Shown here in pieces: positions 39,369 to 49,318 of a stretch of 64,000 nt of DNA. A program made the position numbers and the translations under genes. How positions within the stretch are numbered: the first letter of the stretch is position 1; every line of letters starts with the position of its first letter. Origin of the DNA: Candidatus Multivoradales bacterium (GTDB taxonomy: Bacteria; Acidobacteriota; Thermoanaerobaculia; Multivoradales; JAHEKO01); the NCBI GenBank assembly GCA_965223855.1, contig CBDCXM010000009.1:1728001-1792000 (forward strand), in the 5' to 3' direction. The notes under the pieces were generated by a model. It ran no database searches. It saw only the letters and a program-made list of their open reading frames with translations, and was not told the DNA's origin.

Positions 39369-40865
39369 GTGGATGTTCCGATGTCCCTGTCCCGCAGCTC
39401 CAACAACGCGCTGGTCTTCGTGGTCGCCAGCCTTCTCGGCATCGTGGCGATCGTCACGGGCTTCTATCTGAAGGCCGGCACCGCGGTCGTTGGCTATGGC
39501 CTGATCGCGCTCGTGGTAGCCGCCTTTGCGCTCTACCCGAAGACGGCGATTCTCGTCAGTCTCGCCGCCAAGCCGATCATCGATCTCTTCTGGTGGACCA
39601 AGGGTGAGGGTCTTCTTTCGCCGCTCTTCATCGCCGGTGTGGCGGTGCCGATCCTCGGGCTCGTCGCAGCGCGGAGAGTCGCTGGGCGGTCGATTCGCCG
39701 TCAGGAGGACATGGTCGTCCTCCTCTACCTGGCGGTCTTCCTCTGTCTTGCACTCGCGCGTGCCGTCGCGAGCCCGCAGTATCTCGGCAACTCGATTCAG
39801 AGTTTCGCCAAGCTCGCTTCAGTCACGAGCTTCTACTTCATCGGGAAGTACTACTTCACGAGCCGCGAGGACCGGCGACACCTGCTGTACGCACTGCTGT
39901 TGTCGGGGGTCGGTCCTTTCGTGCTCACGATGGGTCAGAAGCTCCTCGGGTGGAACGTCACGAATTTCGACGAGGTGATCGCTACAGCCGGACGAGGCGT
40001 CGACACCGGGTTGGTTTCAGGCTTCTACATCACTGGTCGGTACGGTGCGCAGAGAATCTCGGGCGCCTACGAAGGGGTGTACACACTCGCGTTTCTCGGA
40101 GTCTTCGTGCTGCTGATGCTGCTGACCGCACGACTCTCGCGCGATTTCGCTTTCAAACCTTACTGGTACGGCCTGCTCGGTCTCGCGGGTTACTTCGTCT
40201 ACGCCACCTACTCGCGTTCGGCATGGGTGACCCTGGGGACGACGCTGCTGGTGCTGTTCCTGCTGAGGCGGGAACCCCGAAGGGCGATTGTGGTCGTCGC
40301 TGCCGCGGCTGCGGTCTATTTCCTCGTGGAAGGGGTGAGGCTGCGATTCGCCGATGAGCTGGGCGCGTTGACCGGAGGCGGGGAGTTCACCGACGTCGGT
40401 CGAGGTCGGGGTGGTAAGTGGATGACGCTGCTGCCGGTCTTCTTCCGTCGTGACCTGATCGACCAACTCGTCGGCACCTTCGGTGTCGGCAATCCGGAGA
40501 ACCAGTTCCTCAACGCCCTGTTCTTCTCCGGGTATCTCGGTTTCATGGCGATGCTGGGCATGATGATCTACTTCACCGTGAGGCTCGTGAAGCGGTTGCG
40601 TTCCATGGACCGCGACGCCTCTCTGGACACCAACGCGATGCTCACGTTCGGCTCCCTGATCGTCGCCTGTTACTGGTTTGCCGGTTGGGGCAACAACTTC
40701 CCCCTGATGATCTCCGTCCAGTGGGTGCTGTGGACGTGGACCGGGGTCATCGTCGGCAACACGGTCGCTTCGCGCCATCGAGTCGCCGACGTCCGCAGAG
40801 CAGCGCGGCCAGCACCTATGCGGCCGGCTCCGGTCGCGAGTTCTCGAGCGGCACCCCCGCTCTGA
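39369..40865 (+). CDS. Wzy polymerase/O-antigen-ligase-like membrane protein
   Basis: About 12 TMs. RISGAY, TYSRSAW and GNPENQFL. Preceded by TGCTAGCAT (39345-53). Confidence 0.72.
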   Translation: MDVPMSLSRSSNNALVFVVASLLGIVAIVTGFYLKAGTAVVGYGLIALVVAAFALYPKTAILVSLAAKPIIDLFWWTKGEGLLSPLFIAGVAVPILGLVAARRVAGRSIRRQEDMVVLLYLAVFLCLALARAVASPQYLGNSIQSFAKLASVTSFYFIGKYYFTSREDRRHLLYALLLSGVGPFVLTMGQKLLGWNVTNFDEVIATAGRGVDTGLVSGFYITGRYGAQRISGAYEGVYTLAFLGVFVLLMLLTARLSRDFAFKPYWYGLLGLAGYFVYATYSRSAWVTLGTTLLVLFLLRREPRRAIVVVAAAAAVYFLVEGVRLRFADELGALTGGGEFTDVGRGRGGKWMTLLPVFFRRDLIDQLVGTFGVGNPENQFLNALFFSGYLGFMAMLGMMIYFTVRLVKRLRSMDRDASLDTNAMLTFGSLIVACYWFAGWGNNFPLMISVQWVLWTWTGVIVGNTVASRHRVADVRRAARPAPMRPAPVASSRAAPPL

Positions 40866-40896
40866 GGGCCCCGCTCTGAGGGCCCGACTCTGAGGG
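40855..40896 (+). repeat. 14-bp tandem repeat x3 at a convergent gene junction
   Basis: CCCCGCTCTGAGGG CCCCGCTCTGAGGG CCCGACTCTGAGGG. Confidence 0.9.
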
Positions 40897-40914
40897 CGGG
40901 AGTCGCCGCGGCGT

Positions 40915-41652
40915 TCAGCGCCGTCGCGCTTCGAAGACGAAGCCCAGGGGGTAGTGCCGGAAGTAGGCGATCCGGCCGGGATCCAGCCCGATGCGGATGC
41001 ACAGGTAGTAGAGAAGCTCCGGAGCCCGCAGCAGCGTGTGGACGAAGTCGCCCAGCCAACCCAGGTGGAGCTTCCGAGCCATCTTGGGTACGACGTTCGC
41101 AATCTTGGACCAGGCTGAGACCGCCACCCCGAACATGTCGCCGACGTACTCGATAGCGACGACCTCGAACCCTGCGTCCGAGAGCATCCGATCGAGACAG
41201 AAACAGGTGTAGCGGTGATAGTCGTGCGGTCGCTCGTGTTCGCCCATCGCGAACGGCACGGACCCGAGCAGCGTGCCTCCGGGTCGGAGCAGACGAGCGA
41301 CCTCACCGAGCACCGCCTTCGGTTCGTAGACGTGCTCGAGAACCTCGGTCATCAGGACGAAGTCGACCTCGGCGTCTGCCAGGTCGACTCGACCGTCGAT
41401 GATCGGCAGGTCGAAGCTTGCCGCGTGCGCCTGATTGGCCTCTGGATGATCGGCCGAGAGGTAGCGCTCGAATCGACGCAGCACAAGTCGCTCGTAGGGT
41501 CGGTCTCCCGAGCCGTAGTCCAGGGCGAGGCGTCCCGACTCGATCTGGTCGAATCTGCTGCTCCAACGCCGGAACTTCAGTACCCGCGCGACCGGATGGG
41601 CGAAGATCGAGTAACGGAAGCGACCGTTGCGCTCTTTCGGCGAGAGGCTCAT
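40915..41652 (-). CDS. Class I SAM-dependent methyltransferase (type 11, glycan-locus type)
   Basis: ALDYGSGDRPY, TEVLEHV, LRPGG and SVPF...HERPHDYHRYT. Confidence 0.88.
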   Translation of the reverse strand: MSLSPKERNGRFRYSIFAHPVARVLKFRRWSSRFDQIESGRLALDYGSGDRPYERLVLRRFERYLSADHPEANQAHAASFDLPIIDGRVDLADAEVDFVLMTEVLEHVYEPKAVLGEVARLLRPGGTLLGSVPFAMGEHERPHDYHRYTCFCLDRMLSDAGFEVVAIEYVGDMFGVAVSAWSKIANVVPKMARKLHLGWLGDFVHTLLRAPELLYYLCIRIGLDPGRIAYFRHYPLGFVFEARRR

Positions 41653-42776
41653 GCGTCTTCGGAGACCTGCCGGTAGACGTCCAGGAGTTGTCCGGCCATC
41701 GTTCGGATGTCGAAGGTGCGGGCGTGCCCGACAAGCCGCCCGTCGTCCGGTGCCTCGCGCTCGACGAGGTAGTGCTCGAATCTTCGCGCCATCGCGGCCT
41801 CCGTCGTAACGACGTCGTCGGGCCTCACACCTCCGACGATCTCGATCACGCCGCCTCCGTCCTCGAACACGACCACCGGTGTGCCCCGCGACAGCGCCTC
41901 GACCGCAACGAGTCCGAAAGGCTCGCCCTCGGAAGGGCAAGCGCACACGTCCATTCGTCTCTGGAGTAATCCTACGTCGGAGCGAAAGCCTGCGAAGATG
42001 CAATCCTCCCGGATGCCGAGGTCGGCGGCCAGCCGCTCCAGCCGGGAGCGCTCGACGCCGTCGCCGACCAGCAGCAGATAGCCGGAGCGCCGGTGTCGGA
42101 AGTCGGCGAACGCCCTGAGCAGACGATCCACCCGCTTGAAGCCGGCCAGTCGGCCGACGTAGCCGACGACGAAGCGATCGGCGAGCAGCTGAGCCAGTTC
42201 CGGGTCGAGTTCGCCCTCTGAGCGCTGCGAGTGATCGATACCGTTGTAGACGACTCGGGTGTCGAGACGATCAAGCCCGTAACGCGCACGGGCGACGTCG
42301 CGCGTGAAGTTCGAGTTGCAGGTCATCACCGCGACCGACCTGCGGAGGAAGTGGCGCTTGAGGCGGTGCTGCAGTCGGTCTCTCCAGCGCCGTTTGCGGC
42401 CGAAGCCGAAGTTGCCGTGCTCGGTGTAGACCACAGGCCGGGCGGATCCCACGGCCGCCGAAGCCAGGAGTGGATTGAAGCTGTGGAAGTGAAGCAGATC
42501 GTAGTTTTCGAAGATCGCTCTCGCACGACGACGGGCGAAGGGTGAGAAGTCGGTCCCGGACCTGAGCCGGGCGTCGTAGAGGGGCACACCGAGCGCTTCG
42601 AAGGTTTCCAGCCACATTCCCTGCGCGTGGCCGAAGAGGATCGCCGGCGTGACCGCGTCGCCACGCGCTTGCGTGCGGCACAGGTCGATGATCAGTCTCT
42701 CGATGCCGCCGGGCGCTGCGGCCCATACGACGTGAACCACCCGAAGAGGGGCGGGGCGGGGCGGTGCCTGCTTCAT
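41649..42776 (-). CDS. Glycosyltransferase family 4
   Basis: GGIER, YTEHG, VYNGID, VGRLAGFKRVD, VGDG and EPFGLVAVEAL. Confidence 0.92.
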   Translation of the reverse strand: MKQAPPRPAPLRVVHVVWAAAPGGIERLIIDLCRTQARGDAVTPAILFGHAQGMWLETFEALGVPLYDARLRSGTDFSPFARRRARAIFENYDLLHFHSFNPLLASAAVGSARPVVYTEHGNFGFGRKRRWRDRLQHRLKRHFLRRSVAVMTCNSNFTRDVARARYGLDRLDTRVVYNGIDHSQRSEGELDPELAQLLADRFVVGYVGRLAGFKRVDRLLRAFADFRHRRSGYLLLVGDGVERSRLERLAADLGIREDCIFAGFRSDVGLLQRRMDVCACPSEGEPFGLVAVEALSRGTPVVVFEDGGGVIEIVGGVRPDDVVTTEAAMARRFEHYLVEREAPDDGRLVGHARTFDIRTMAGQLLDVYRQVSEDA

Positions 42777-43870
42777 GCCGGATGGGGATTCTGTGTCGAT
42801 ACCGACCGTGAGCGGTGGACCATCGCTCGAGCGAGGGCGGCGAGGCCGTCGTAGAACTCCGCATCGAGACTCGATCCCCAGGGGGATGGGATCCTCGGCG
42901 CCAGGCGTCTTGCCAGGCGGGCCCGGAGCGGCCCGGGTCGCGCGAGCAGGAGTCTCGTGAGGGGTGGCATCTCCTGACGCCAGTCGAGGCGCAGGCCCGA
43001 GGCGGTCTCCATCGGCAGCCAGGTCGCAGGATCGAAGTGGCCTCTCGCAGCTTCGAAACTGGCCGACTTGGAGACCGCTCGCCCCTCGACCGCTCGGAGG
43101 AACAGCGCCGGCAGCAGCATGAAGCGGCTCAGGAGGGCCTTCAGGTCGAAGAGATTCGTCGGCTGTCGCCGGACTTCGGCTCCGGCGATGACCGAGTCGG
43201 CGACCCGCTCGAGCTCGCCGCAGGCGCTCGCCTCGTCGACCTCTACCCGGATCTCGACTTTCCCGGGCTCCGGCAGGAGTGACACCGCTGTTCGAAGAGT
43301 CTCGAGAGGCAGGGGCGATTCGGTGTAGGCACAGAGGTCGGCCTCGCTGAGAACCTGCCAGCCGTGGTGCTGCAGGGGGTCGAAGTCGAAGAGGATCCGC
43401 TGAAGCTCGCCGAGCCGTGAGGCGAGCGGAGCGAGCCGGCCGGGCGTCTCGATCGCCCGGTTCGACAGGACGGCGAGAACGTCGAAGTCGCTGTAGGGGG
43501 TCGTCGAGCAATCGGCGAGACTGCCGTGGAGGAGGACCGCAACGAGGTCCGGCTCCAACGGTTCGAGGGCGGCCATCATCCGTCGCACATGCGCGTTGCT
43601 GCCGGCGTAGGCAGCGGGCTGCAAGGTCGTCTCTGTGCCCTTTCGGGGACCGATTGCCGAACGGAAGGCGTCGAACGCGCGCTGCACTCGGCTTTCAGAG
43701 CGCCTTCGGCACCATCGTGGTGCAATGAGCGCCGCAGCGAGGTCCGATCGCGCCAGGACGGCTCGATTGACGTAGCGGTCGAGGACCCGATGCAGAGACG
43801 CTCTCGCAGCCGACAGCGACGCCCGGGACGGCTCTCGGGAGTCGGAATCGCAGAGAGGCGGTTGTGACAT
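42773..43870 (-). CDS. Pol-beta-superfamily nucleotidyltransferase-like protein (start uncertain)
   Basis: VAVLLHGSLAD...YSDFDVLAV (hGS plus DxD), DPLQHHG and a helical C-terminal domain. Confidence 0.7.
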   Translation of the reverse strand: MSQPPLCDSDSREPSRASLSAARASLHRVLDRYVNRAVLARSDLAAALIAPRWCRRRSESRVQRAFDAFRSAIGPRKGTETTLQPAAYAGSNAHVRRMMAALEPLEPDLVAVLLHGSLADCSTTPYSDFDVLAVLSNRAIETPGRLAPLASRLGELQRILFDFDPLQHHGWQVLSEADLCAYTESPLPLETLRTAVSLLPEPGKVEIRVEVDEASACGELERVADSVIAGAEVRRQPTNLFDLKALLSRFMLLPALFLRAVEGRAVSKSASFEAARGHFDPATWLPMETASGLRLDWRQEMPPLTRLLLARPGPLRARLARRLAPRIPSPWGSSLDAEFYDGLAALARAMVHRSRSVSTQNPHPA

Positions 43871-44000
43871 GATCCGGTCGAAGCGGTCGCCCGGAGGGTC
43901 CTGCGAAGGCCTCCGACCTGCCCCTCGGAAGATCAGGTCCGTCGGCGAGAGGCCCTTCGGAGGGCCGAGCGGGCTTGCCGGCCTCGAGTTCGAACGCGGA

Positions 44001-44963
44001 ATGTACCACTTCGTCGACCTTCCCCGTCCGCTGGGCCTCGAGGACTACGAACGGGCGATCGGGGCTTTCACCGATCGCACGATGACCCTTCCCGGCGTCC
44101 GCTCCGTATACCAGGTCGGTCAGGTGTCCGACCCCGGCATCTCCGATCTCGACTTCCTGGTCGTCTTCGAAGAGGGCTCCAGCCACCAGGGGCGGCCTCT
44201 GGACGCCGTGCCGGAAGAGGACCGCTCGATGATCCTCCACGCGCCCTTCGGCATTTCGGAAGAGGATCTCGACGTGGCGCTCCGGTACGCGCCCTTCTTC
44301 AATTATCGTCACCTGGCCGGGGACGACCTCGATCTCTCGTCTCGGACCGATATCGCAGATGCCGATGGGCGACTTCTGGCTCAGCTCGCGCTCGAATACG
44401 TGCTCCAGCTCTACGTCAATCTGGTGATTCAGGCGACGTACTCCGTTTTCAAGCTGCGAGGCTTCTTCCTGCACGTCAAGGCGATGGCCTACGATCTCGA
44501 GCTCCTGGGCGTCGACGGCGACGAGATAGGAAGGAGAACCGACGAGTTCATCGCCTGGCGGCGAAGCTGGTTCGACGCTCCCGTAGAAGAGCGGCGCCTC
44601 GCTGCGGCCCTCGAGCCTTACCAGGAACTCGTCCGGTCGTTCCTCGCCGACCAGATCGCGACCCGCGGCTTCTATCTCGCGGCTCGCGAGTTCCGACTGG
44701 CGCCCAATCTGACCCTCGTCGCCGGCGACGGCGTTGGTTGCCACCACGGAGGGCCGCTCCTGCCTGCCTGGCTTCGGTTTCTGGGTGGAAGGTACTTCAA
44801 GATCCAGCACCGGCTGCACAGATTTCGCTTCGAGGTGCCGATCGAGACCGAGTCGGCACCACCCGTCCTGCAGCGGCGAGCCGAGCGCCTTGCCTCTCTC
44901 AAGAACCGTCGAGAGGCAGCCTTCCCGCACTTCCTGAGCCCGGCAAGCAGCCTCAACGTCTAG
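44001..44963 (+). CDS. Hypothetical protein with nucleotidyltransferase-like motif
   Basis: VRSVYQVGQVSDPGISDLDFLVVF (G...SDxD). Probable start MYHFVD at 44001. Confidence 0.62.
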   Translation: MYHFVDLPRPLGLEDYERAIGAFTDRTMTLPGVRSVYQVGQVSDPGISDLDFLVVFEEGSSHQGRPLDAVPEEDRSMILHAPFGISEEDLDVALRYAPFFNYRHLAGDDLDLSSRTDIADADGRLLAQLALEYVLQLYVNLVIQATYSVFKLRGFFLHVKAMAYDLELLGVDGDEIGRRTDEFIAWRRSWFDAPVEERRLAAALEPYQELVRSFLADQIATRGFYLAAREFRLAPNLTLVAGDGVGCHHGGPLLPAWLRFLGGRYFKIQHRLHRFRFEVPIETESAPPVLQRRAERLASLKNRREAAFPHFLSPASSLNV

Positions 44964-44968
44964 ACGAT

Positions 44969-46864
44969 ATGTGCGGGATCAACGGCTTCCTCAACCTCTC
45001 GGGTCGAACGATCGAGACCGGTGATCGACTGGTCGACGCGATGAACCGGGCGACTGCCCATCGCGGGCCGGACGACGAAGGTCTCTGGAGCGATCGTGAA
45101 GCCGGTGTCTATCTGGGGAGTCGTCGCCTCAGCATCCAGGACCTGTCTGACCGCGGTCACCAGCCGATGGTCAGCGAGCGCGGCGTGCTGGCCTACAACG
45201 GCGAGGTCTACAACTTCCGCGAGCTGCGCGAGGCGTCTTCTTCACCCGCAACGTTCGTCTCCGACTCCGACACAGAGGTGCTGCTGGCGGGACTCGACCG
45301 GCGGGGAAGTCGATACCTGTCCAGGACCAACGGCATGTTCGGGCTTGCCTACTGGAACCGCTCCGATCGATCGCTTCTGCTCGCCCGCGACCGTATCGGC
45401 ATCAAGCCTCTCTACTACACGACCGAGGGGGGAGTGCTCTCGTTCTCCTCGGAGATTCGAGCGCTCTTCGAGTTGCCGTGGGTCTCGCGTCGACTCGATG
45501 AGGAGGCGCTGGCGCTCTATCTGACGTTCAACCGGGTACCGGCACCACGAACTCTCTTTGCCGGCATCCGGAAACTCGAGCCCGGGCATGTCCTGACGGC
45601 GACGGCTGCCGGTGTCCACACCTGCGAACCGTTCTGGACACCCGAGCGTCGCTCCTCCGAGGGTCAGAACGGCGATGAGTTGGCTCGCGAGGTCCGCGAC
45701 GAACTCGAGCGGTCGGTGCAGCGGCGCATGATCAGCGACGCTCCGGTGGGCGCGTTCCTGAGCGGTGGCGTGGACTCGAGCGCCGTAGTCGAGCTCATGT
45801 CGAGGCTCACTTCGAAGCCGGTACGTACGTACACGATCGGGTTCGAGGAGGAGCGCTACGACGAGCGCGCTTTCGCGCGGCGGATCGCCGAGGGAGCGGG
45901 AGCCGACCATCGCGAGAAGCTCGTCACGCGACCGGAGCTCGAGGAGTTCCTTCCTCGCATGGCGGAGATCTTCGACGATCCGCTCGCCGACGCGACTTCG
46001 ATTCCGATTCACTTCCTGGCGAGTCTCGCTCGCGACGACGGTACGAAGGTCATCCTGACCGGGGATGGGGCGGACGAGTTGTTCTGCGGCTATCGCGGTT
46101 GGGCTTCCTACGCTCGGAGGGAGCCGCTGTTCCGGGCGATGGAGAGCCGCTGGAACCCTCTGCGCAGGCTGTTCCCGCTTCTGCTCTCGCCGCTCGGCGA
46201 CTCATCCCCTCTGCGAGAGATGGGGGGGCGCGCGGCTCGGGGGGAGCAGTACTACTGGGCCGGTGCGGGCGGCTTGAAGACTGCGGCAAGGGGGGCGATC
46301 CTCAGCTCCGAGTTCCTCGAGCGATCGGTCTTCGACGTCCACGAGCATGTTCGCGGGTTGAGGGACGAGTTCGAGGCGGTCAGCAACGGTGCGGACTCTT
46401 CCAGCCTGCTCGACTGGATGAGCTACTCCGGGGTCAGGGACCTGTTGCCGAACTACTACCTCCATCGCGCAGATCGTCTCGGCATGGCGAACTCGGTGGA
46501 GCTGCGTGTGCCGTTCCTCGATCACCATCTGGTCGAGCTCGCTCTGTCGATTCCCGGATCTCACAAGCTCGTCGACGGCGAGCCGAAGGCGATCCTCAAG
46601 AAGGCGCTGGAGGGAGTGCTGTCGGCGGAGACGCTCTACCGTCCGAAGACCGGCTTCTGCGTGCCGCTGAGGGAGTGGTTCGGAGACGGGATGGAGAGCT
46701 TCGTCGAGTCCCGTCTCGATCGTCTCTGTCAGGAGACAGGTCTCTTCGACGCCCGCGGTCTGCGAAAGCTGCTCCGGCGGGGGGCGGAGGAGTCGGGGGA
46801 GGGGGTCCACGGGTTGTGGAACGTCTACTTCCTGGTCAACTGGTTCGAGCACTGGTTGTTCTGA
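44969..46864 (+). CDS. asnB: Asparagine synthase-like glutamine amidotransferase (polysaccharide amidation type)
   Basis: N-terminal MCGI, HRGPD, RRLSI, YNGEVYNF, RDRIGIKPLYY, FLSGGVDSS, TGDGADELF and ELRVPFLD. Confidence 0.95.
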   Translation: MCGINGFLNLSGRTIETGDRLVDAMNRATAHRGPDDEGLWSDREAGVYLGSRRLSIQDLSDRGHQPMVSERGVLAYNGEVYNFRELREASSSPATFVSDSDTEVLLAGLDRRGSRYLSRTNGMFGLAYWNRSDRSLLLARDRIGIKPLYYTTEGGVLSFSSEIRALFELPWVSRRLDEEALALYLTFNRVPAPRTLFAGIRKLEPGHVLTATAAGVHTCEPFWTPERRSSEGQNGDELAREVRDELERSVQRRMISDAPVGAFLSGGVDSSAVVELMSRLTSKPVRTYTIGFEEERYDERAFARRIAEGAGADHREKLVTRPELEEFLPRMAEIFDDPLADATSIPIHFLASLARDDGTKVILTGDGADELFCGYRGWASYARREPLFRAMESRWNPLRRLFPLLLSPLGDSSPLREMGGRAARGEQYYWAGAGGLKTAARGAILSSEFLERSVFDVHEHVRGLRDEFEAVSNGADSSSLLDWMSYSGVRDLLPNYYLHRADRLGMANSVELRVPFLDHHLVELALSIPGSHKLVDGEPKAILKKALEGVLSAETLYRPKTGFCVPLREWFGDGMESFVESRLDRLCQETGLFDARGLRKLLRRGAEESGEGVHGLWNVYFLVNWFEHWLF

Positions 46865-46865
46865 C

Positions 46866-48107
46866 ATGCACGGGTCGTCACAGCGCCGGTCGGCGGCGTC
46901 GGACGGGACGGTCGATCGCAGAGTGGTCCACGCGACCAATCTCCCGACTCCCTATCGAGTTGCCATCTGCAACGAGATCGACCGCCAACTGGCGCAGCGG
47001 AGGACCGGATACGAGGTCTACTTCTCCAACATCTCGGCCTATCGCCGTCGCTGGCACGAGCCGCTCGCGGCTGCACGTTTTGCCTACTCGCAACGTTCCG
47101 GTCCGACCGAGCAGCGCAGGCCCTCCACGTTCGGGGCCCGTTGCCGGTCTCTCTGGAGCGCCCTGCGGAAGGCGCGCCCCGACGTGATCGTCACCTCGAG
47201 CATGGGCTTCGAAGGTTCGCTCGTCCTCCTGTATCGGCTGCTGACCCGAGCGCGGGTCGTCGTGCATTCGGGGGCGATTCGTGGGCGAAGGGGAGACGGG
47301 CGCGATTCGCTCACCTTCCGAGTCAAGGAGCGGGCTCGCTTCCTGCTACGGCGCTGGTGGTTCCGGCCCCTGACTACGGCGTGGGTCGCATACGGATCGC
47401 GAAGTCGTGACTACCTCCTGGGCCTCGGCGTGCGATCGGATCGGATCTTCATCGGTCAGAACACCGTCGACGTGGCGCCGTTCGAAGCGGTTGCCGGCAG
47501 AACCTCGCCGAAGGAAGAGGACACCAGCGTCATGGCTGCCGGAGCGCCTGAGCGTCCCGTTCGACTCGTCTGCATCGGGCGCATGACGAGGCTCAAGGGA
47601 CTGGACCTGCTGCTCGACGCCCTCGATGCACTGCCGGGTGGTTCGGTGCGGCTGACCTGTATCGGCGAGCGTCCGCAGGACCCCCAGCTTCAGGCGAGGG
47701 CGTCGGACGCCGGGTTCGAAGTCGAGTTCACGGGCTTTCTCGACCGCGAGCAGTTACCGGAGCGCCTCGTTGCTGCCGACGTCTTCGTCTTCCCCACGCG
47801 GTTCGACGTCTTCGGCCTGGCGATGGTCGAGGCGGCCGCCGCGGGCCTCCCCATCGTCGCCTCGTGCTTTGCGGGTGGTGTCGGGGACATCGTGGTCGAT
47901 GGGGAGAACGGATTCGTGGTCGATCCGCGGGATCGATCCGCGCTGGCGGCTGCGATCGAAAGACTGGTTGTCGACCCCGACCTCCGGGAGCGGATGAGCC
48001 GACGCTCGAAGGCGAGGGTCGAGGAGAGGTTCCGGGTCTCGACGTCGGCCTCCGGCTTCGTCGAAGCGATCGAGTTCGCCTGCGGCAAGAGGGTCGAGAG
48101 CCTCTGA
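46866..48107 (+). CDS. Glycosyltransferase family 4
   Basis: NLPTPYR, NTVD, IGRMTRLKG and DVFGLAMVEAAAAGLP. Confidence 0.9.
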   Translation: MHGSSQRRSAASDGTVDRRVVHATNLPTPYRVAICNEIDRQLAQRRTGYEVYFSNISAYRRRWHEPLAAARFAYSQRSGPTEQRRPSTFGARCRSLWSALRKARPDVIVTSSMGFEGSLVLLYRLLTRARVVVHSGAIRGRRGDGRDSLTFRVKERARFLLRRWWFRPLTTAWVAYGSRSRDYLLGLGVRSDRIFIGQNTVDVAPFEAVAGRTSPKEEDTSVMAAGAPERPVRLVCIGRMTRLKGLDLLLDALDALPGGSVRLTCIGERPQDPQLQARASDAGFEVEFTGFLDREQLPERLVAADVFVFPTRFDVFGLAMVEAAAAGLPIVASCFAGGVGDIVVDGENGFVVDPRDRSALAAAIERLVVDPDLRERMSRRSKARVEERFRVSTSASGFVEAIEFACGKRVESL

Positions 48108-49318
48108 TGGAGAGAAAGCAGAGACTCCTGATCGTCGGGCCACTGCCGCCGCCCTTCTCGGGTCCGGAGATCGGCGTGCAGACCCTCGTCCTGTCACCGG
48201 AGCTCAACCATCGCTACGAGGTTCGTTCGCTCAACACGACCTTGCGCACTTCGAACGTCGAGAAGGGGAGGCTCGATCTCGTCATGCTGGCCGCCTACCC
48301 GCGATACGTCTGGCGCCTGTTGCGCGAACTCCTCGGCTCTCGGCCGGACGCGGTTCTCTACTGCCCGACGTCGGCCACGCTGAAGGGATGGGTTCGCGAC
48401 GGCACCACCTGTCTCGTGTGCCGCGCGCTGAGCAGGCCGCTGTTCGTCCAGTTTCGCGGTGGGCACTTCCGGCTCTTCTACGACCGGCAGTGGCGGCCGG
48501 TCCGCGCGGTGATCGGTTGGCTCCTCCGCGGTTGTCGCCGCGTCATCGTGCAGGCGGAGAGACTGAGAGGCCAGTTCGATCCCATCGTCGGCGCCGAGCG
48601 CGTTCGCAGGCTGCCCAACGCGCTCAGTGACGAGTTCTTCGACAGCTTCGACGACGCGATCTCGATCCGCTCCCGGCGGCGCGACAGCGGTCGCGCGACG
48701 AGAGTGCTCTTCGTCGGTCATCTTTCGCACGCCAAGGGCTACTGCGATCTGTTGAAGGTGATTCCTGGGCTGTGCGAGCGTCACGATGTGGTTTTCGACT
48801 TCATCGGTGCCCCCAGTCCCGAGCGCAACGTCTTCTTCAATCAGGTGACGGGAGAGCCGATCGATTTCGACGATCCTGTGGAGGTCTTCCGAACCGAGAT
48901 CGAGGAGCGAGGGCTGGAGGGCCGCGTCTTCTTTCACGGCGACCGCGTCCTCGGCGAAGAAAAGGTGGAGCGCTTCGTCGAGGCGGATGTCTTCGTCCTC
49001 CCCAGCTACTCCGAAGGGTTCTCGATGGCCCTGCTCGAAGCGATGGGCGCGGGCCTGCCTGTGGTGGCGACCCCGGTCGGAGCGGCGCCGGAGATCGTCT
49101 CCGAGGGAGAGAGCGGCCACCTCGTCGACCCCGGTAGGCTAGGCGAACTCGAGCGAGCGCTGGATCGACTGTTGGGCGACTTCGAGGCCAGACTTCGGCT
49201 GGGGACCGCCAACCGTCGTCGATGCGCCGAGTCGTACCGAACCGAACACACCGCCGCTGCTCTGATCTCGATCGTGGACGAAGAACTGGAGCCTCACAGC
49301 TTGGACGCTCTTCCATGA
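48107..49318 (+). CDS. Glycosyltransferase family 4
   Basis: GPLPPPFSG, FVGHLSHAKG and DVFVLPSYSEGFSMALLEAMGAGLPVV. Confidence 0.92.
   Translation: MERKQRLLIVGPLPPPFSGPEIGVQTLVLSPELNHRYEVRSLNTTLRTSNVEKGRLDLVMLAAYPRYVWRLLRELLGSRPDAVLYCPTSATLKGWVRDGTTCLVCRALSRPLFVQFRGGHFRLFYDRQWRPVRAVIGWLLRGCRRVIVQAERLRGQFDPIVGAERVRRLPNALSDEFFDSFDDAISIRSRRRDSGRATRVLFVGHLSHAKGYCDLLKVIPGLCERHDVVFDFIGAPSPERNVFFNQVTGEPIDFDDPVEVFRTEIEERGLEGRVFFHGDRVLGEEKVERFVEADVFVLPSYSEGFSMALLEAMGAGLPVVATPVGAAPEIVSEGESGHLVDPGRLGELERALDRLLGDFEARLRLGTANRRRCAESYRTEHTAAALISIVDEELEPHSLDALP

Noticed and set aside
40855-40896. Triple repeat as a mini-CRISPR
   Set aside because: The units are 14 bp and contiguous, with no spacers and no cas genes.
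42773-44963. NTases as CBASS CD-NTase or MNT-HEPN defence genes
   Set aside because: No Cap effector or HEPN partner is recognisable, and both genes are tightly coupled to glycan genes. This is not formally excluded without a structure search.
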